Part shown: piece after piece, positions 10,212-19,778 of the stretch | How the letters are laid out: the number at the start of each line of letters is the position of its first letter | How positions within the stretch are numbered: position 1 is the first letter of the stretch | NCBI GenBank assembly: GCA_050287845.1 | Contig: JBNKCR010000017.1 | Coordinates: forward strand, 103,233-167,232 | From: Polyangia bacterium | GTDB taxonomy: Bacteria > Myxococcota_A > Polyangia > JAAYKL01 | Direction: 5' to 3' | Length of the DNA stretch: 64,000 bases | The notes under the pieces: model-generated | What the model saw: the letters and a program-made list of their open reading frames with translations, nothing else | Database searches by the model: none | Told to the model about the DNA's origin: nothing | Program-made: the position numbers and the translations under genes

Positions 10212-10907
10212 TTATCCTTTGTAAAAGAGTTTCAGGTCCAGATGGGTTTCGGCGGCATCGGCCAGGGCATCGTCGTCATTGATGGACGTCATTCGGGGAA
10301 ATGTACCCAGTATCGGAACTTTGCCGAAATGGGCAATGGCTTCCGCGTTTTTCAGTGATTCACTGAGATTGCTGCCATGGTTCAGAATCACACCGGCCAC
10401 GGGAATCTGCCGATGCCGCGCGGCTTCAATGGTGAGCAGGGTGTTGTTGATGGTCCCGAGAATATCGGGGGCAACAATGAGCAGCTCATATGGCCCCCCG
10501 GCAATGAAATCTCCATAGAGAATTTCATCGTTCAAAGGAACTGAAAGGCCGCCGGCTCCTTCCACGATGAGGACATCGCACGACGCAGCGGCGGTATCGA
10601 TGAACTGACGCATTTCGCGGGGATCGATGATGGCGTTTTCCATGCGGGCGGCCAGATGGGGGGAAACCGCAGCGCGAAACATGTATCGACAGACCTCTTC
10701 CACCCGACCTTTGGCCTGAGATGCCCGCAGCAGGGCGGTGCCGTCGTGGGGTTGCAGGGCCCCGTTGACCTCAGGGACACCGCTTTCCACCGGTTTGAGC
10801 GCTTTAAAATTCACTTTCTTTTTCAGTAGCGCGCGTGCAATTCCCCGGGTGATCACGGTTTTTCCCACATCGGTGCCGGTACCGGTGATAAATATTCGCC
10901 GGGTCAT
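10212..10907 (-). CDS. bioD: Dethiobiotin synthase
   Basis: FITGTGTDVGKT, KPVESG, SPHLAA, VEGAGG, LGTIN; overlaps the bioF stop. Confidence 0.95.
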   Translation of the reverse strand: MTRRIFITGTGTDVGKTVITRGIARALLKKKVNFKALKPVESGVPEVNGALQPHDGTALLRASQAKGRVEEVCRYMFRAAVSPHLAARMENAIIDPREMRQFIDTAAASCDVLIVEGAGGLSVPLNDEILYGDFIAGGPYELLIVAPDILGTINNTLLTIEAARHRQIPVAGVILNHGSNLSESLKNAEAIAHFGKVPILGTFPRMTSINDDDALADAAETHLDLKLFYKG

Positions 10908-12067
10908 GAGCCGACTCCACTATTTTTCAATTCTTCGATGAGGCGTTCCATCTGTTCCTCCGTGTGCAGTGCACTCAGGGTGATTCGCAGCCGTTCCGTT
11001 CCAGCCGGCACGGTGGGGGGGCGGATTCCCTGCACGAATATGCCCCGCTGCCAGAGGGCGTCCGAGATGGCCATGGTTCGCTCCGCGTTGCCGATAAGGA
11101 TGGGTTGAATGGGCGTATCACTGGGCAGCAGTGGGATTTGCGCGGCTTTCGCCAGTTTCTGAAACCGGCGGATATTGGTGTGCAGCCGGGTCCGTTCCCG
11201 GGTTGCGCCGGCAATACAGGTGAGGCTTTCACAGACCGCACGGGCCAGCGCCGGCGGAGAGGCGGTGGTATACATCAGACTGCGGGCCGTGCTTTTGAGC
11301 AGTTGCGCCGGTTCTGATTCACAGGCCACGCACGCTCCGGCCACGCCAACGGCCTTACCGAACGTGCCCACCAGCACGTCGATTCGGTTTTCCAGATTCA
11401 GCGCGGCCGCAAGTCCGCGACCTTCCGGACCCAGGATGCCCAGAGAGTGCGCTTCGTCGAGATACACAGCCGCGCCCCCCTGCTTTGCCACGTCGCAGAT
11501 TTGCGCCAGCGGTGGAATATCGCCATCCATGCTGAAGATGCCCTCGGTAATCACGAGCTTGCCAGATTCCGGATTCGGATATTGGGCAAGAAGGCTTTTC
11601 AGATGATCTGCGTCGTTGTGATCATAAATTTCAATCTTTGCTCTCGACAGTCGGCAACCGTCGATGATGCTGGCGTGACAGAGTTGGTCTGAAAAAACAA
11701 CGTCGCCCTGCCCGGCAAGGGCGCTGATAGCCCCCACATTGGCCTGATACCCGGAAGGAAACAGCACGCTGTGGGATTTTCCAACAAAGTCTGCAAAACG
11801 ACGTTCGAGGGTTTCATGCCAGGGAAAGTTGCCACTAACCAGCCTGGATGCGCCGGCGCCAATCCCGTTTTCCATTTCGACGGCGGCGGCCCGGGCGATG
11901 GACGGGGATGCGCTGAGTCCGAGATAATCGTTGGAGCAGAAAATCAGCCTGGGGCCCTCAGGGGTGTCGGCCTCGGGTCCCACACCGCTGATGCGGAGCG
12001 TCCGGGCGAGATGGGTGTGCTGCAGTTGAGAAAGTCGATGGGTCCAATGAGCCTTCATGGCCGTCAT
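10904..12067 (-). CDS. bioF: 8-amino-7-oxononanoate synthase
   Basis: FCSNDYLGL, GAGASRLVSG, SGYQAN, HASIIDG, FSMDGD, DEAH, GTFGKA, IRPPTVP. Start could be 12067 or 12058. Confidence 0.95.
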   Translation of the reverse strand: MTAMKAHWTHRLSQLQHTHLARTLRISGVGPEADTPEGPRLIFCSNDYLGLSASPSIARAAAVEMENGIGAGASRLVSGNFPWHETLERRFADFVGKSHSVLFPSGYQANVGAISALAGQGDVVFSDQLCHASIIDGCRLSRAKIEIYDHNDADHLKSLLAQYPNPESGKLVITEGIFSMDGDIPPLAQICDVAKQGGAAVYLDEAHSLGILGPEGRGLAAALNLENRIDVLVGTFGKAVGVAGACVACESEPAQLLKSTARSLMYTTASPPALARAVCESLTCIAGATRERTRLHTNIRRFQKLAKAAQIPLLPSDTPIQPILIGNAERTMAISDALWQRGIFVQGIRPPTVPAGTERLRITLSALHTEEQMERLIEELKNSGVGS

Positions 12068-12250
12068 CCTGGGCCAACCGGGGTGGAAAAGCAATTGAAA
12101 TTGTGCGGTTTGTCGGGGGGATCACGGGATGCGTTGTTCTGCGGTCCCATTTTCTGAAGTCGGATCGAACGCACTTTGAATTCGCGCAAGCGAATCGAAA
12201 ATGAGACAGGAAAAAAAACGAACGCGCGGAATCATTTTTCTTTTAAAACC

Positions 12251-12266
12251 TGACATACAGTTGTCA
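12251..12266. promoter_or_regulatory. Palindrome TGACA-N6-TGTCA, candidate regulator site
   Basis: TGACATACAGTTGTCA in the divergent intergenic region between bioF and the zinc-ribbon gene. Confidence 0.35.
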
Positions 12267-12348
12267 TTACCCTGTTCCATGGTGGGGATGTTCAGTGAAA
12301 CCTGACGGAAATCAGTGGATTTTCGTCCGAACCCCCACAAGGAAAATC

Positions 12349-12591
12349 ATGGAACAAATGAAATTCTGTCATTCCTGCGGCATACCGCTGGCAGGCCCCC
12401 AGGCCGGAAATGTACAAGGCGATTATTGCGGCAACTGCGTTGACGAGACGGGAAAATGTCACGCCCGGGCAGTCGTCCAGACTGGCGTGGCCAATTGGCT
12501 GATGATGTTCACCCCCGATGTATCGATGGACGTGTGCATGCAGCGGGCCGACCATTACCTCAGGGCAATGCCGGCCTGGGCCGACAAATGA
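12349..12591 (+). CDS. Putative zinc-ribbon domain protein
   Basis: MEQMKFCHSCGIPL...DYCGNC.DETG...MPAW; AAGGA RBS. Confidence 0.75.
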   Translation: MEQMKFCHSCGIPLAGPQAGNVQGDYCGNCVDETGKCHARAVVQTGVANWLMMFTPDVSMDVCMQRADHYLRAMPAWADK

Positions 12592-12622
12592 ACCCTGCAA
12601 TCAGAGGAGCGCGTCTGCCCGC

Positions 12623-12808
12623 CTACCGGCGCCCCTTGAAACCCATCATGTTCTGAACCACGGATTCACTTTCCTCGGCAATGAGTTTTTCTTCTTCCGC
12701 TTTTTCGGCGCACTCCTCGCACACTTTCACTTTGCGACCACCATAGCGGATGGACACCATTTCTTCTTTTTCAAATTCGTCTTTGCAGATTCGACAGACT
12801 GGCATCAT
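12623..12808 (-). CDS. Small CxxC...CxxC protein (about 61 aa)
   Basis: MMPVCRICKDEF...KVCEECAE; GAGGGAG RBS; directly downstream of the FGE-domain gene. Confidence 0.65.
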   Translation of the reverse strand: MMPVCRICKDEFEKEEMVSIRYGGRKVKVCEECAEKAEEEKLIAEESESVVQNMMGFKGRR

Positions 12809-12822
12809 TGGCTCCCTCGCGT

Positions 12823-14166
12823 TTACCACCGGCTGGTGATAATCACCTCATTTGTCTGTTCATTGTACTCAAAACTTCCTCCGTCGCGGCAGTGCCAACA
12901 GGGCGCCCAATAGGCTTCGTCCCGGTGGCCTTCCCGGTACGCCAGCGCCAGGGGAATGGGATTGTCCCAGATTATCATACTGGATTCATGAATATATTCT
13001 TCGTTGTCTTTGGATTCGTGCAATGCCACGACAAATGAATGCCGGTTGGAGCGCCCCACCGCCAGCCACAGCTCCATTCCCTGTCGGGGAATCCAGCGCA
13101 TGGGCTTCCACTGAAAATGAATACCATTTTTGGCTTCAGCCTCCCGATCGGTGCCCCGTTTGGCCAGCACGGCCCGAACGTCGGCATTGCTGAACATATG
13201 CGGATTGTCGTGCACCGCCGCCAGCTGGGGGATACTCCGGATAATCCGGGCAAATTCCTCGGGCTTCATCGTTTTATAAATACTGTGGGCCGGCCTGGGC
13301 CGCTCAATGAAAAAGGTGGCTTTGTTCCGCTGGCCTCTGCAGCACCGGAACCCAAGGGCGTCGCCGGTATCATCCGGGGCGAATCGCCAGCGTTTGGCGC
13401 ACCGGGTACCATGGGGCGCATCAATGATTTGTCCGAGAAATTCCTGACCGGCGGTGAACCCCCGTACCGCGGCGCGCACCTGCTGGTCCGGGTCTCTGCC
13501 CCAGGCGCTGTCGGTCCATTCGAGCTGACGGTTCATGGCCCACGCCCCGAATGGCGAGGGTGAGCCGTGCACATCGCCATAGGCGGCGGCGTTGAACAGA
13601 TTGCCGGAAATATAGCGTCGATTGTCCGATGATTTGCAGGCCCATTCCCATTCCGCTTCGGTGCACAACCGTTTGCCCGCCGATTCGCAGTACTGGGAAG
13701 CCTGCATCCGGGTCACACCGGTCATGGGGGGCATGGCGGGATCGTTGGGCCAGGGCAGAACGTCCATCTGAAACGGTGTGATGGTGGCGGGAACCAGATC
13801 ATTTTCAGCAAACTGTTCCCGCAGCACGTCATCCACCGCGCTGCCCATCAGCAGTTTTCCCCCCGGCACATCCACCATGGCGCCGGCGGTGGGGGGCGGA
13901 AAGATCGGCGCCTCCAGGGTTTCGACGACAGCCGGCGCCCCAGGGGGTCGGATGCCCTTGTCCACCGTATTTCTGTTTTCTGTTTCATCCGCGTTGGATT
14001 CCCCGGCGCTCCTGTGCGTTCCGGCTTCCGCTTCGCCGGCGGACGGGACATCCTTCGTGTTGCCGGTGTCCACCTTCGCGCCAGCCGGAAAGGCCTTCGA
14101 ATGGTCTTCATTCTGGCAGGCCCAGAGTGTGGAAAAAACAAGCAGGATGCAAAGGATGCGCTTCAT
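12823..14166 (-). CDS. Lipoprotein with SUMF1/formylglycine-generating-enzyme-like domain
   Basis: Lipobox LWAC; MVDVPGG..LMGS, CESAGKRLCTEAEWEWAC, GFRCC. Confidence 0.82.
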   Translation of the reverse strand: MKRILCILLVFSTLWACQNEDHSKAFPAGAKVDTGNTKDVPSAGEAEAGTHRSAGESNADETENRNTVDKGIRPPGAPAVVETLEAPIFPPPTAGAMVDVPGGKLLMGSAVDDVLREQFAENDLVPATITPFQMDVLPWPNDPAMPPMTGVTRMQASQYCESAGKRLCTEAEWEWACKSSDNRRYISGNLFNAAAYGDVHGSPSPFGAWAMNRQLEWTDSAWGRDPDQQVRAAVRGFTAGQEFLGQIIDAPHGTRCAKRWRFAPDDTGDALGFRCCRGQRNKATFFIERPRPAHSIYKTMKPEEFARIIRSIPQLAAVHDNPHMFSNADVRAVLAKRGTDREAEAKNGIHFQWKPMRWIPRQGMELWLAVGRSNRHSFVVALHESKDNEEYIHESSMIIWDNPIPLALAYREGHRDEAYWAPCWHCRDGGSFEYNEQTNEVIITSRW

Positions 14167-14256
14167 GACTCCCCTATAACAGGAATACCCGGGTCTGCTC
14201 AATAATTATTAGAAAGTCATTGACAGCGACGAATGCCAAAGCAAAGGATGTACAGC

Positions 14257-15408
14257 ATGACGTATGAGATTTCCCCGGAGTATCAGAACTGCTGGATAGA
14301 ACTGTCCAGATCTGCATTGTCAAATAATATCGGCGCATTCCGGCGCCTGCTCACACCGGCGCAGCAATTGCTCTGTGTGGTGAAGTCCAACGCTTATGGA
14401 CATGGCATGGTGCCCGTCGCCAGAGAGGCGTTGGCCGCCGGCGCTTCCTGGCTGGCGGTGTTCAGTGTGGAAGAGGGGGCCATGCTGAGAGAAGCGGGGA
14501 TCACCGCGCCGGTTCTGGTGCTGGGGCCCTCGTTTGGTTCCCAGTATCTGTTGGCCGTTAAATATCAGCTGCAGGTGACGGTGGCATCCATTGATGGTAT
14601 CAGAAATTATACATCAACATTGACATCGGAACGGATACCGGTGCACCTGAAGCTGGAAACCGGCACCAATCGTCAGGGAATTCTGTATTCAGAGCTTCAG
14701 GAGGTATCTTCTTTGATACTTTCCAGCGGTATTCCCGTGGAAGGGGCATATACCCATTATGCGGATATTGAAGATACCACAGACCATACATTTGCCTCGG
14801 GACAGCGCGGCCAGTTTGAAAAATCACTGGATCGCCTGCGGGCCCTCGGGGTGCAGGTGGCCTTGCCCCATACCGCCTGCACTGCGGCGGCCATCCTGTT
14901 TCCCAATACCTATTTCGGGATGGTTCGGGTGGGGATTGGCACATACGGGCTGTGGCCCTCAAAGGAAACCAATGTATCCGCCCAGAATCTGGGGCGTGCC
15001 CATCTGGCGCTGCAGCCGGTGATGAACTGGAAAACCCGTATCGCGCAGATAAAAACCGTTCCCAGAGGAGAATATGTGGGCTACGGGCGGACTTTTCGCG
15101 CTACCCGGGATACCAGAATCGCCGTATTGCCGGTGGGGTATGCCGATGGATATCGGCGGGCCTTTTCCAATGCGGCCAATACACTGGTACATGGGATGAG
15201 AGCCCGGGTGGTGGGACGGGTGTGCATGAATCTGATGATGATTGATGTCACGGATATTCCCGATGTGGCGACCGGAGATGTGGTGACACTGCTGGGAACC
15301 GATGGCGATGACGCGGTGACCGCTGAGCAGCTGGCGGCCTGCGCCGGCACCATCAATTACGAAATTGTTACGTGCGCGGCTCCCAATTCCCCCCGCCGAC
15401 TGGTATGA
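14257..15408 (+). CDS. alr: Alanine racemase
   Basis: VVKSNAYGHG (PLP lysine), HLKLETG, VRVGIGTYG, VGYGRTF, GYADG, GRVCMN, GTINYE. Start may be 14233-14257. Confidence 0.95.
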   Translation: MTYEISPEYQNCWIELSRSALSNNIGAFRRLLTPAQQLLCVVKSNAYGHGMVPVAREALAAGASWLAVFSVEEGAMLREAGITAPVLVLGPSFGSQYLLAVKYQLQVTVASIDGIRNYTSTLTSERIPVHLKLETGTNRQGILYSELQEVSSLILSSGIPVEGAYTHYADIEDTTDHTFASGQRGQFEKSLDRLRALGVQVALPHTACTAAAILFPNTYFGMVRVGIGTYGLWPSKETNVSAQNLGRAHLALQPVMNWKTRIAQIKTVPRGEYVGYGRTFRATRDTRIAVLPVGYADGYRRAFSNAANTLVHGMRARVVGRVCMNLMMIDVTDIPDVATGDVVTLLGTDGDDAVTAEQLAACAGTINYEIVTCAAPNSPRRLV

Positions 15409-15494
15409 AAAGGGGGGAATTTCCCGCGCGGCGCCCATAAAGAAGGCGGGCATGACAATATCATCTGAGCACCGGAAAATACTGGAGGAAAAAT

Positions 15495-16220
15495 ATGGAT
15501 ATTCAACAGACAGATCGGCAACGAATTGAAAAAGTGAACCGGAATCGATGGGCCGGTCTTTTCGGGCCCTCATTGTGGACCCGGATCTGTTGCGGGGTTG
15601 GCGGTCTGTGGTTTCTTACCGCGCTTGCCTTTGGTGGATGTGCCGGGGATGACGATGATGCGCTGGGTCGGACCGACGAATCCGTGACGCCGTCGACCGA
15701 CGGGACCGAAACCGATTCGGTATCGGATGGTTCGGATATTGGAGACAGTGAGACGGGAACGCCGGATGAGGGGGACACGGAGACCACTCTCACGTGGGAG
15801 ACCTATGTGTATGATGGAAGCTGCGAGAAGGCACAGACTGAAGCGGAATGTCAACAGGCGAGCGAGATGTTGCCGGTGATCACCGGCATCGACGATTATT
15901 GGCACAGCTGCCGCTATTTTGCTGATTTCCGCACCATTTCCAGGGATATCGACGGTGAATGCACCATTGGCACCGAGAGCCGGAGCTTCTGTCAGTATCA
16001 GCGGGGGGGCGAGGCTGCGGATGTATCGGCGCCCATTGACGGCTGCGGTGTCTTTTTGGGCTGGCCAGGGTATATCCAGACTGAAGATGGTCTGTATTTC
16101 GGGCTGGACGATCCGAAAGGTCTCAGTTATTGCCAGTTTACTTTCGATGGCACGCAGATGATCGCCGCCCCTGCGGAATGCGAATGTCTGTGCGACGGAC
16201 AACATTTCACCCTTCCGTAA
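15495..16220 (+). CDS. Hypothetical Asp/Thr-rich, Cys-rich lipoprotein
   Basis: GGAGG RBS; hydrophobic stretch then FGGC; acidic linker; Cys-rich C-terminal domain. Confidence 0.65.
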   Translation: MDIQQTDRQRIEKVNRNRWAGLFGPSLWTRICCGVGGLWFLTALAFGGCAGDDDDALGRTDESVTPSTDGTETDSVSDGSDIGDSETGTPDEGDTETTLTWETYVYDGSCEKAQTEAECQQASEMLPVITGIDDYWHSCRYFADFRTISRDIDGECTIGTESRSFCQYQRGGEAADVSAPIDGCGVFLGWPGYIQTEDGLYFGLDDPKGLSYCQFTFDGTQMIAAPAECECLCDGQHFTLP

Positions 16221-16364
16221 TATTTCTGTCCGGCATTTCCGGTTGATTCACCCATTCCGCTTGTTATCGTTGCACTTTCAGGGCACTTTCAGGTAATATC
16301 TTGCGCCACACGGAACGCTGATTACGTTGGGTTGCAACCCCCAGGGAGGAGCCATGGAACGGTC

Positions 16365-18491
16365 ATGACAATTGTGAATCCATCCATCGAAAAATTCATT
16401 ACTTCAAACATTTCTCTGGTGTCCGGTGACGTGGCATCGAAACGGGATGAAATTCGCGCGTATTTTGTGAAAACCTATGAATTGTACGAGCGGCTTTTTG
16501 AGACGCTTGAATCCGATAGGGGGTTCTATGAGCGGCCGCAGCCCCTCAGGCACCCACTGATTTTTTATTTCGGTCACACCGCGGTATTTTTTGTGAATAA
16601 GCTGATGCTGGCCCGATTGCTTCCTGCCCGTCTGGATGACCGGATGGAGTCCATTTTTGCCATCGGCGTGGACGAGATGAGCTGGGACGACCTCAACGGG
16701 GAGCATTACGATTGGCCCACGGTGGATGAAGTGCGGGTGTATCGCAGCCGGGTGAGAGAAGCGGTGCTGCAGGTGATCGATGATATGTCCTTCACCCTGC
16801 CAATTGACTGGGAAAGTCCCATGTGGCCCATCCTGATGGGCATTGAACATGAACGGATTCATCTGGAGACCAGCTCGGTGCTGATTCGCCAGTTGCATAT
16901 TGATCTGGTGAAAGACCACCCCCTGTTTCAGCCCTGTCCCTTTTTCGGAGAGGCACCGGAAAACACCCTGGTGGCCGTTGCGGGCAGTGGGGTGCACCTT
17001 GGCAAATCCTGGTCCCATGAGTTGTATGGCTGGGACAACGAATACGGTAGCGCCGCGGTGGAGGTGGCGGATTTCGAGGCATCGGGATATTTGGTTTCCA
17101 ATGCCGAGTATCTGGACTTTGTGAACGATGGCGGCTATCACAGCGACCAGTGGTGGGATGAAGAAGGTCGTGCCTGGAAGGCCTATCATCATGCCGAGAT
17201 GCCGGAGTTCTGGCGCAAGCGGGATGGGGCGTATGCATTGCGTCTTTTGACCCGGGAGGTACCCCTGCCCCTGAATTGGCCGGTGGAGGTATGTTATCTG
17301 GAGGCAAAGGCATTCTGCAACTGGAAAGCGGCTCGACTGAAACGACCGGTGCGATTGCCCGATGAGGCGGAGTACCGACGACTGCTCGAAGTGTCGGGAT
17401 ACGACCGCGAACATCATGTCGCCCCCATCAGCGCCAATTGGAATCTCGAAAAATATGCAAGCTCCGTCCCTGTGGACACATTTGCCCACGGCGACTTTTT
17501 TGATTTGGTGGGGAATGTCTGGCAGTGGAATGAAACCCCGATTTCCGGGTTCGATGGCTTTAAGGTGCATCCCCTGTACGACGATTTTTCTGCACCCACG
17601 TTTGACAATCGGCATGCATTGATAAAGGGCGGATCGTGGATTTCCACTGGAAATGAAATTGCCCTGCACAGCCGGTACGCATTCCGGCGCCATTTTTATC
17701 AGCATGCGGGATTTCGGTACGTGGTTTCGCAGCGGCAGGTGAAAACCGAATTCAGCACGTATGAAACCGATGCCGCTGTGGCAATGTATCTGGAGTTCCA
17801 GTATGGGCCCGCTTATTTTGACGTGCCGAATTTTGCCGCCACCATCGCCGAACTGGCGTTGGGTCATGTTCCGGCGAATCGAAGACGCCGGGCGCTGGAC
17901 ATCGGTTGCGCCACCGGGCGGCTTACCTTTGAACTGTCACCGTATTTTGCGCATCTGGATGGGCTGGATTATTCCGCCCGTTTCATCCGTCAGGCCACCG
18001 CCCTTTCGAAGGAGGGCCGTACCCGGTACGAACTGGTGAGCGAAGGGGACCTCGTGACGTATCGGGAGTGCAATCTGGCGCAATTGAACGTGGTCCCCAG
18101 ACCCGAATGCATTTCGTTCATGCAGCAGGACGCCTGCAATCTGAAGCCCCAGTATCGCGATTACGATTTGGTGGTGGCGTCGAACCTGGTGGACCGGCTC
18201 AGCGACCCGGCGAAATTCCTCAGGGAGATTGGCGCCCGGATAACCTCGGGGGGTATCCTGGTGGTGGCATCGCCCTACACATGGCTGGAGGATTTTACGC
18301 CGAAGGATAAATGGTTGGGGGGATATCGCCGGGATGGTGAACCGGTGACCGGACTGGATGGATTGCATGCCCACCTCGACGATGCGTTCCAGCGGATTGC
18401 CGCCCCCCGGGATGTGCCGTTTGTGATTCGCGAAACCGAACGGAAGTTTCAGCACACCATCTCTCAGGTAACCGTATGGCAGAAAAAATGA
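16365..18491 (+). CDS. ovoA: 5-histidylcysteine sulfoxide synthase / methyltransferase OvoA (ovothiol biosynthesis)
   Basis: LRHPLIFYFGHTA, FAIGVDEMSWDD, iron motif HERIHLE, YGWDNEYG, HPLYDDFS, RYAFRRHFYQHAGFRY; C-terminal SAM methyltransferase (LDIGCATGR, FVIRETERKFQHT). Confidence 0.93.
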   Translation: MTIVNPSIEKFITSNISLVSGDVASKRDEIRAYFVKTYELYERLFETLESDRGFYERPQPLRHPLIFYFGHTAVFFVNKLMLARLLPARLDDRMESIFAIGVDEMSWDDLNGEHYDWPTVDEVRVYRSRVREAVLQVIDDMSFTLPIDWESPMWPILMGIEHERIHLETSSVLIRQLHIDLVKDHPLFQPCPFFGEAPENTLVAVAGSGVHLGKSWSHELYGWDNEYGSAAVEVADFEASGYLVSNAEYLDFVNDGGYHSDQWWDEEGRAWKAYHHAEMPEFWRKRDGAYALRLLTREVPLPLNWPVEVCYLEAKAFCNWKAARLKRPVRLPDEAEYRRLLEVSGYDREHHVAPISANWNLEKYASSVPVDTFAHGDFFDLVGNVWQWNETPISGFDGFKVHPLYDDFSAPTFDNRHALIKGGSWISTGNEIALHSRYAFRRHFYQHAGFRYVVSQRQVKTEFSTYETDAAVAMYLEFQYGPAYFDVPNFAATIAELALGHVPANRRRRALDIGCATGRLTFELSPYFAHLDGLDYSARFIRQATALSKEGRTRYELVSEGDLVTYRECNLAQLNVVPRPECISFMQQDACNLKPQYRDYDLVVASNLVDRLSDPAKFLREIGARITSGGILVVASPYTWLEDFTPKDKWLGGYRRDGEPVTGLDGLHAHLDDAFQRIAAPRDVPFVIRETERKFQHTISQVTVWQKK

Positions 18492-19657
18492 CATACAGGT
18501 TCGATGAAGAAATATCGCGTCTTGGTACCGGAGCGGAAAAATATGAAGCGCGCAGGGCCCTGTTTGGAAAAGCGGATGTGGAGCCGTACTGGGTGGCGGA
18601 TATGGATGTACCGACACCGTCGTTTCTGACCGATGCGCTGAAGGAGCGTCTTTCTCACCCCATGTTCGGGTACACCACGGTTTCCGAATCGCTGCTCGAC
18701 GCCATTCAATGGTGGCAGGAATCCCAGCACGGAGTGCAGCTCGAACCCCGATGGATTCGGTTGTCTCCTTCGGTGGTGACCAGTATTGCCATGGCCATTC
18801 AGGCATTTACAGAAAAGGGCGATGGGGTGGTGGTGTTTTCACCGGTCTATGGGCCCTTTTTCTTTGTGACCCAACACAATGGCCGACGGGTGCTGGATTT
18901 GCCCCTCCAACTGGAAGCGGGCCAGTACGTGATGGACTTTGATGCCCTGGAAACCTGTCTGAAAACGGAAAAGCCGCGATTGCTGCTGCTGTGCAATCCC
19001 CATAATCCGGGAGGGCGGGTGTGGAGCGCATCCGAACTCCGTCGCCTGGTGGCGATGTGTAGAACGTATGGGGTACACATTTTCAGTGACGAAATTCACT
19101 GCGATATTGTGTATGCCCCTCACCGTCATACTTCTCTGCTGACCATTCCGGCAGCGCTGGATCTGTGCACGGTGGCCCACTCCATCGGTAAAACGTTCAA
19201 TGCCAGCGGATTGAACGCCTCCTTTGTGGTGGTGCCGGATGAAGACAACCGGAAAAAATTTGTGGATGCCCAGGAAATCAGCCATTGCGGCAGCGTGAAT
19301 CTCCTTGGAAAAATTGCCCTTGAAAGTGCCTTTTCTCCGGCAGGGGAGGCATACAAAAAAGCCCTGGTCACCTATCTGAACAATAATATCCGGCAGGTGG
19401 TTGGCCGGTTGAGCACCCTTGATGGGGCGACCATCATGATTCCCCAGGCCACGTTTCTGGTGTGGTGTGATTTTCGCGGATTCGGCAAATGGCCCACGGT
19501 CATGAAGACCCTCATTCACCAGGCCAACGTTGCCCTTTCGGGCGGAACGTTTTTTGGCCCGGCCGGCGCAGGCTGGTTCCGGATGAATTGCGCCCATCCC
19601 GGTGAACCGCTTCTTCGCGCCGCCGACCGGGTGGTGAAAACCCTTTCCGCCATCTGA
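18488..19657 (+). CDS. PatB/MalY-family PLP-dependent C-S lyase
   Basis: WVADMD, FGY, LCNPHNPGGRVW, SDEIH, KTFN..GL; ATGA overlap with the ovoA stop. Confidence 0.9.
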   Translation: MTYRFDEEISRLGTGAEKYEARRALFGKADVEPYWVADMDVPTPSFLTDALKERLSHPMFGYTTVSESLLDAIQWWQESQHGVQLEPRWIRLSPSVVTSIAMAIQAFTEKGDGVVVFSPVYGPFFFVTQHNGRRVLDLPLQLEAGQYVMDFDALETCLKTEKPRLLLLCNPHNPGGRVWSASELRRLVAMCRTYGVHIFSDEIHCDIVYAPHRHTSLLTIPAALDLCTVAHSIGKTFNASGLNASFVVVPDEDNRKKFVDAQEISHCGSVNLLGKIALESAFSPAGEAYKKALVTYLNNNIRQVVGRLSTLDGATIMIPQATFLVWCDFRGFGKWPTVMKTLIHQANVALSGGTFFGPAGAGWFRMNCAHPGEPLLRAADRVVKTLSAI

Positions 19658-19778
19658 ATAAAAATTCTGAATCCGAAGGGGTTCGATGCCAATCACCCCG
19701 GATGAATTTCGTGACACTCGGCTCAGTTTGTGCCAGTATGGCACATGTCATATATATGGAATAAAAAAAGGTTGAGTC

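Noticed and set aside
16404..17867. Long antisense ORFs (also 1205-2431, 27311-28399, 34476-35663, 40375-41409)
   Set aside because: They fully overlap well-supported genes on the other strand and have no recognisable motifs; expected in GC-rich DNA.
16365..19657. Selenometabolite (selenoneine/ovoselenol) or ergothioneine cluster
   Set aside because: Motifs and the fused C-terminal methyltransferase fit OvoA. No selenophosphate synthetase, selenosugar synthase or EgtD gene was recognised in the window.
19720..19735. Minus-strand TGGCACAAACTGAGC with GG-N10-GC spacing
   Set aside because: Points antisense into the C-S lyase gene, with no gene to drive and no supporting IHF/UAS sites noticed.
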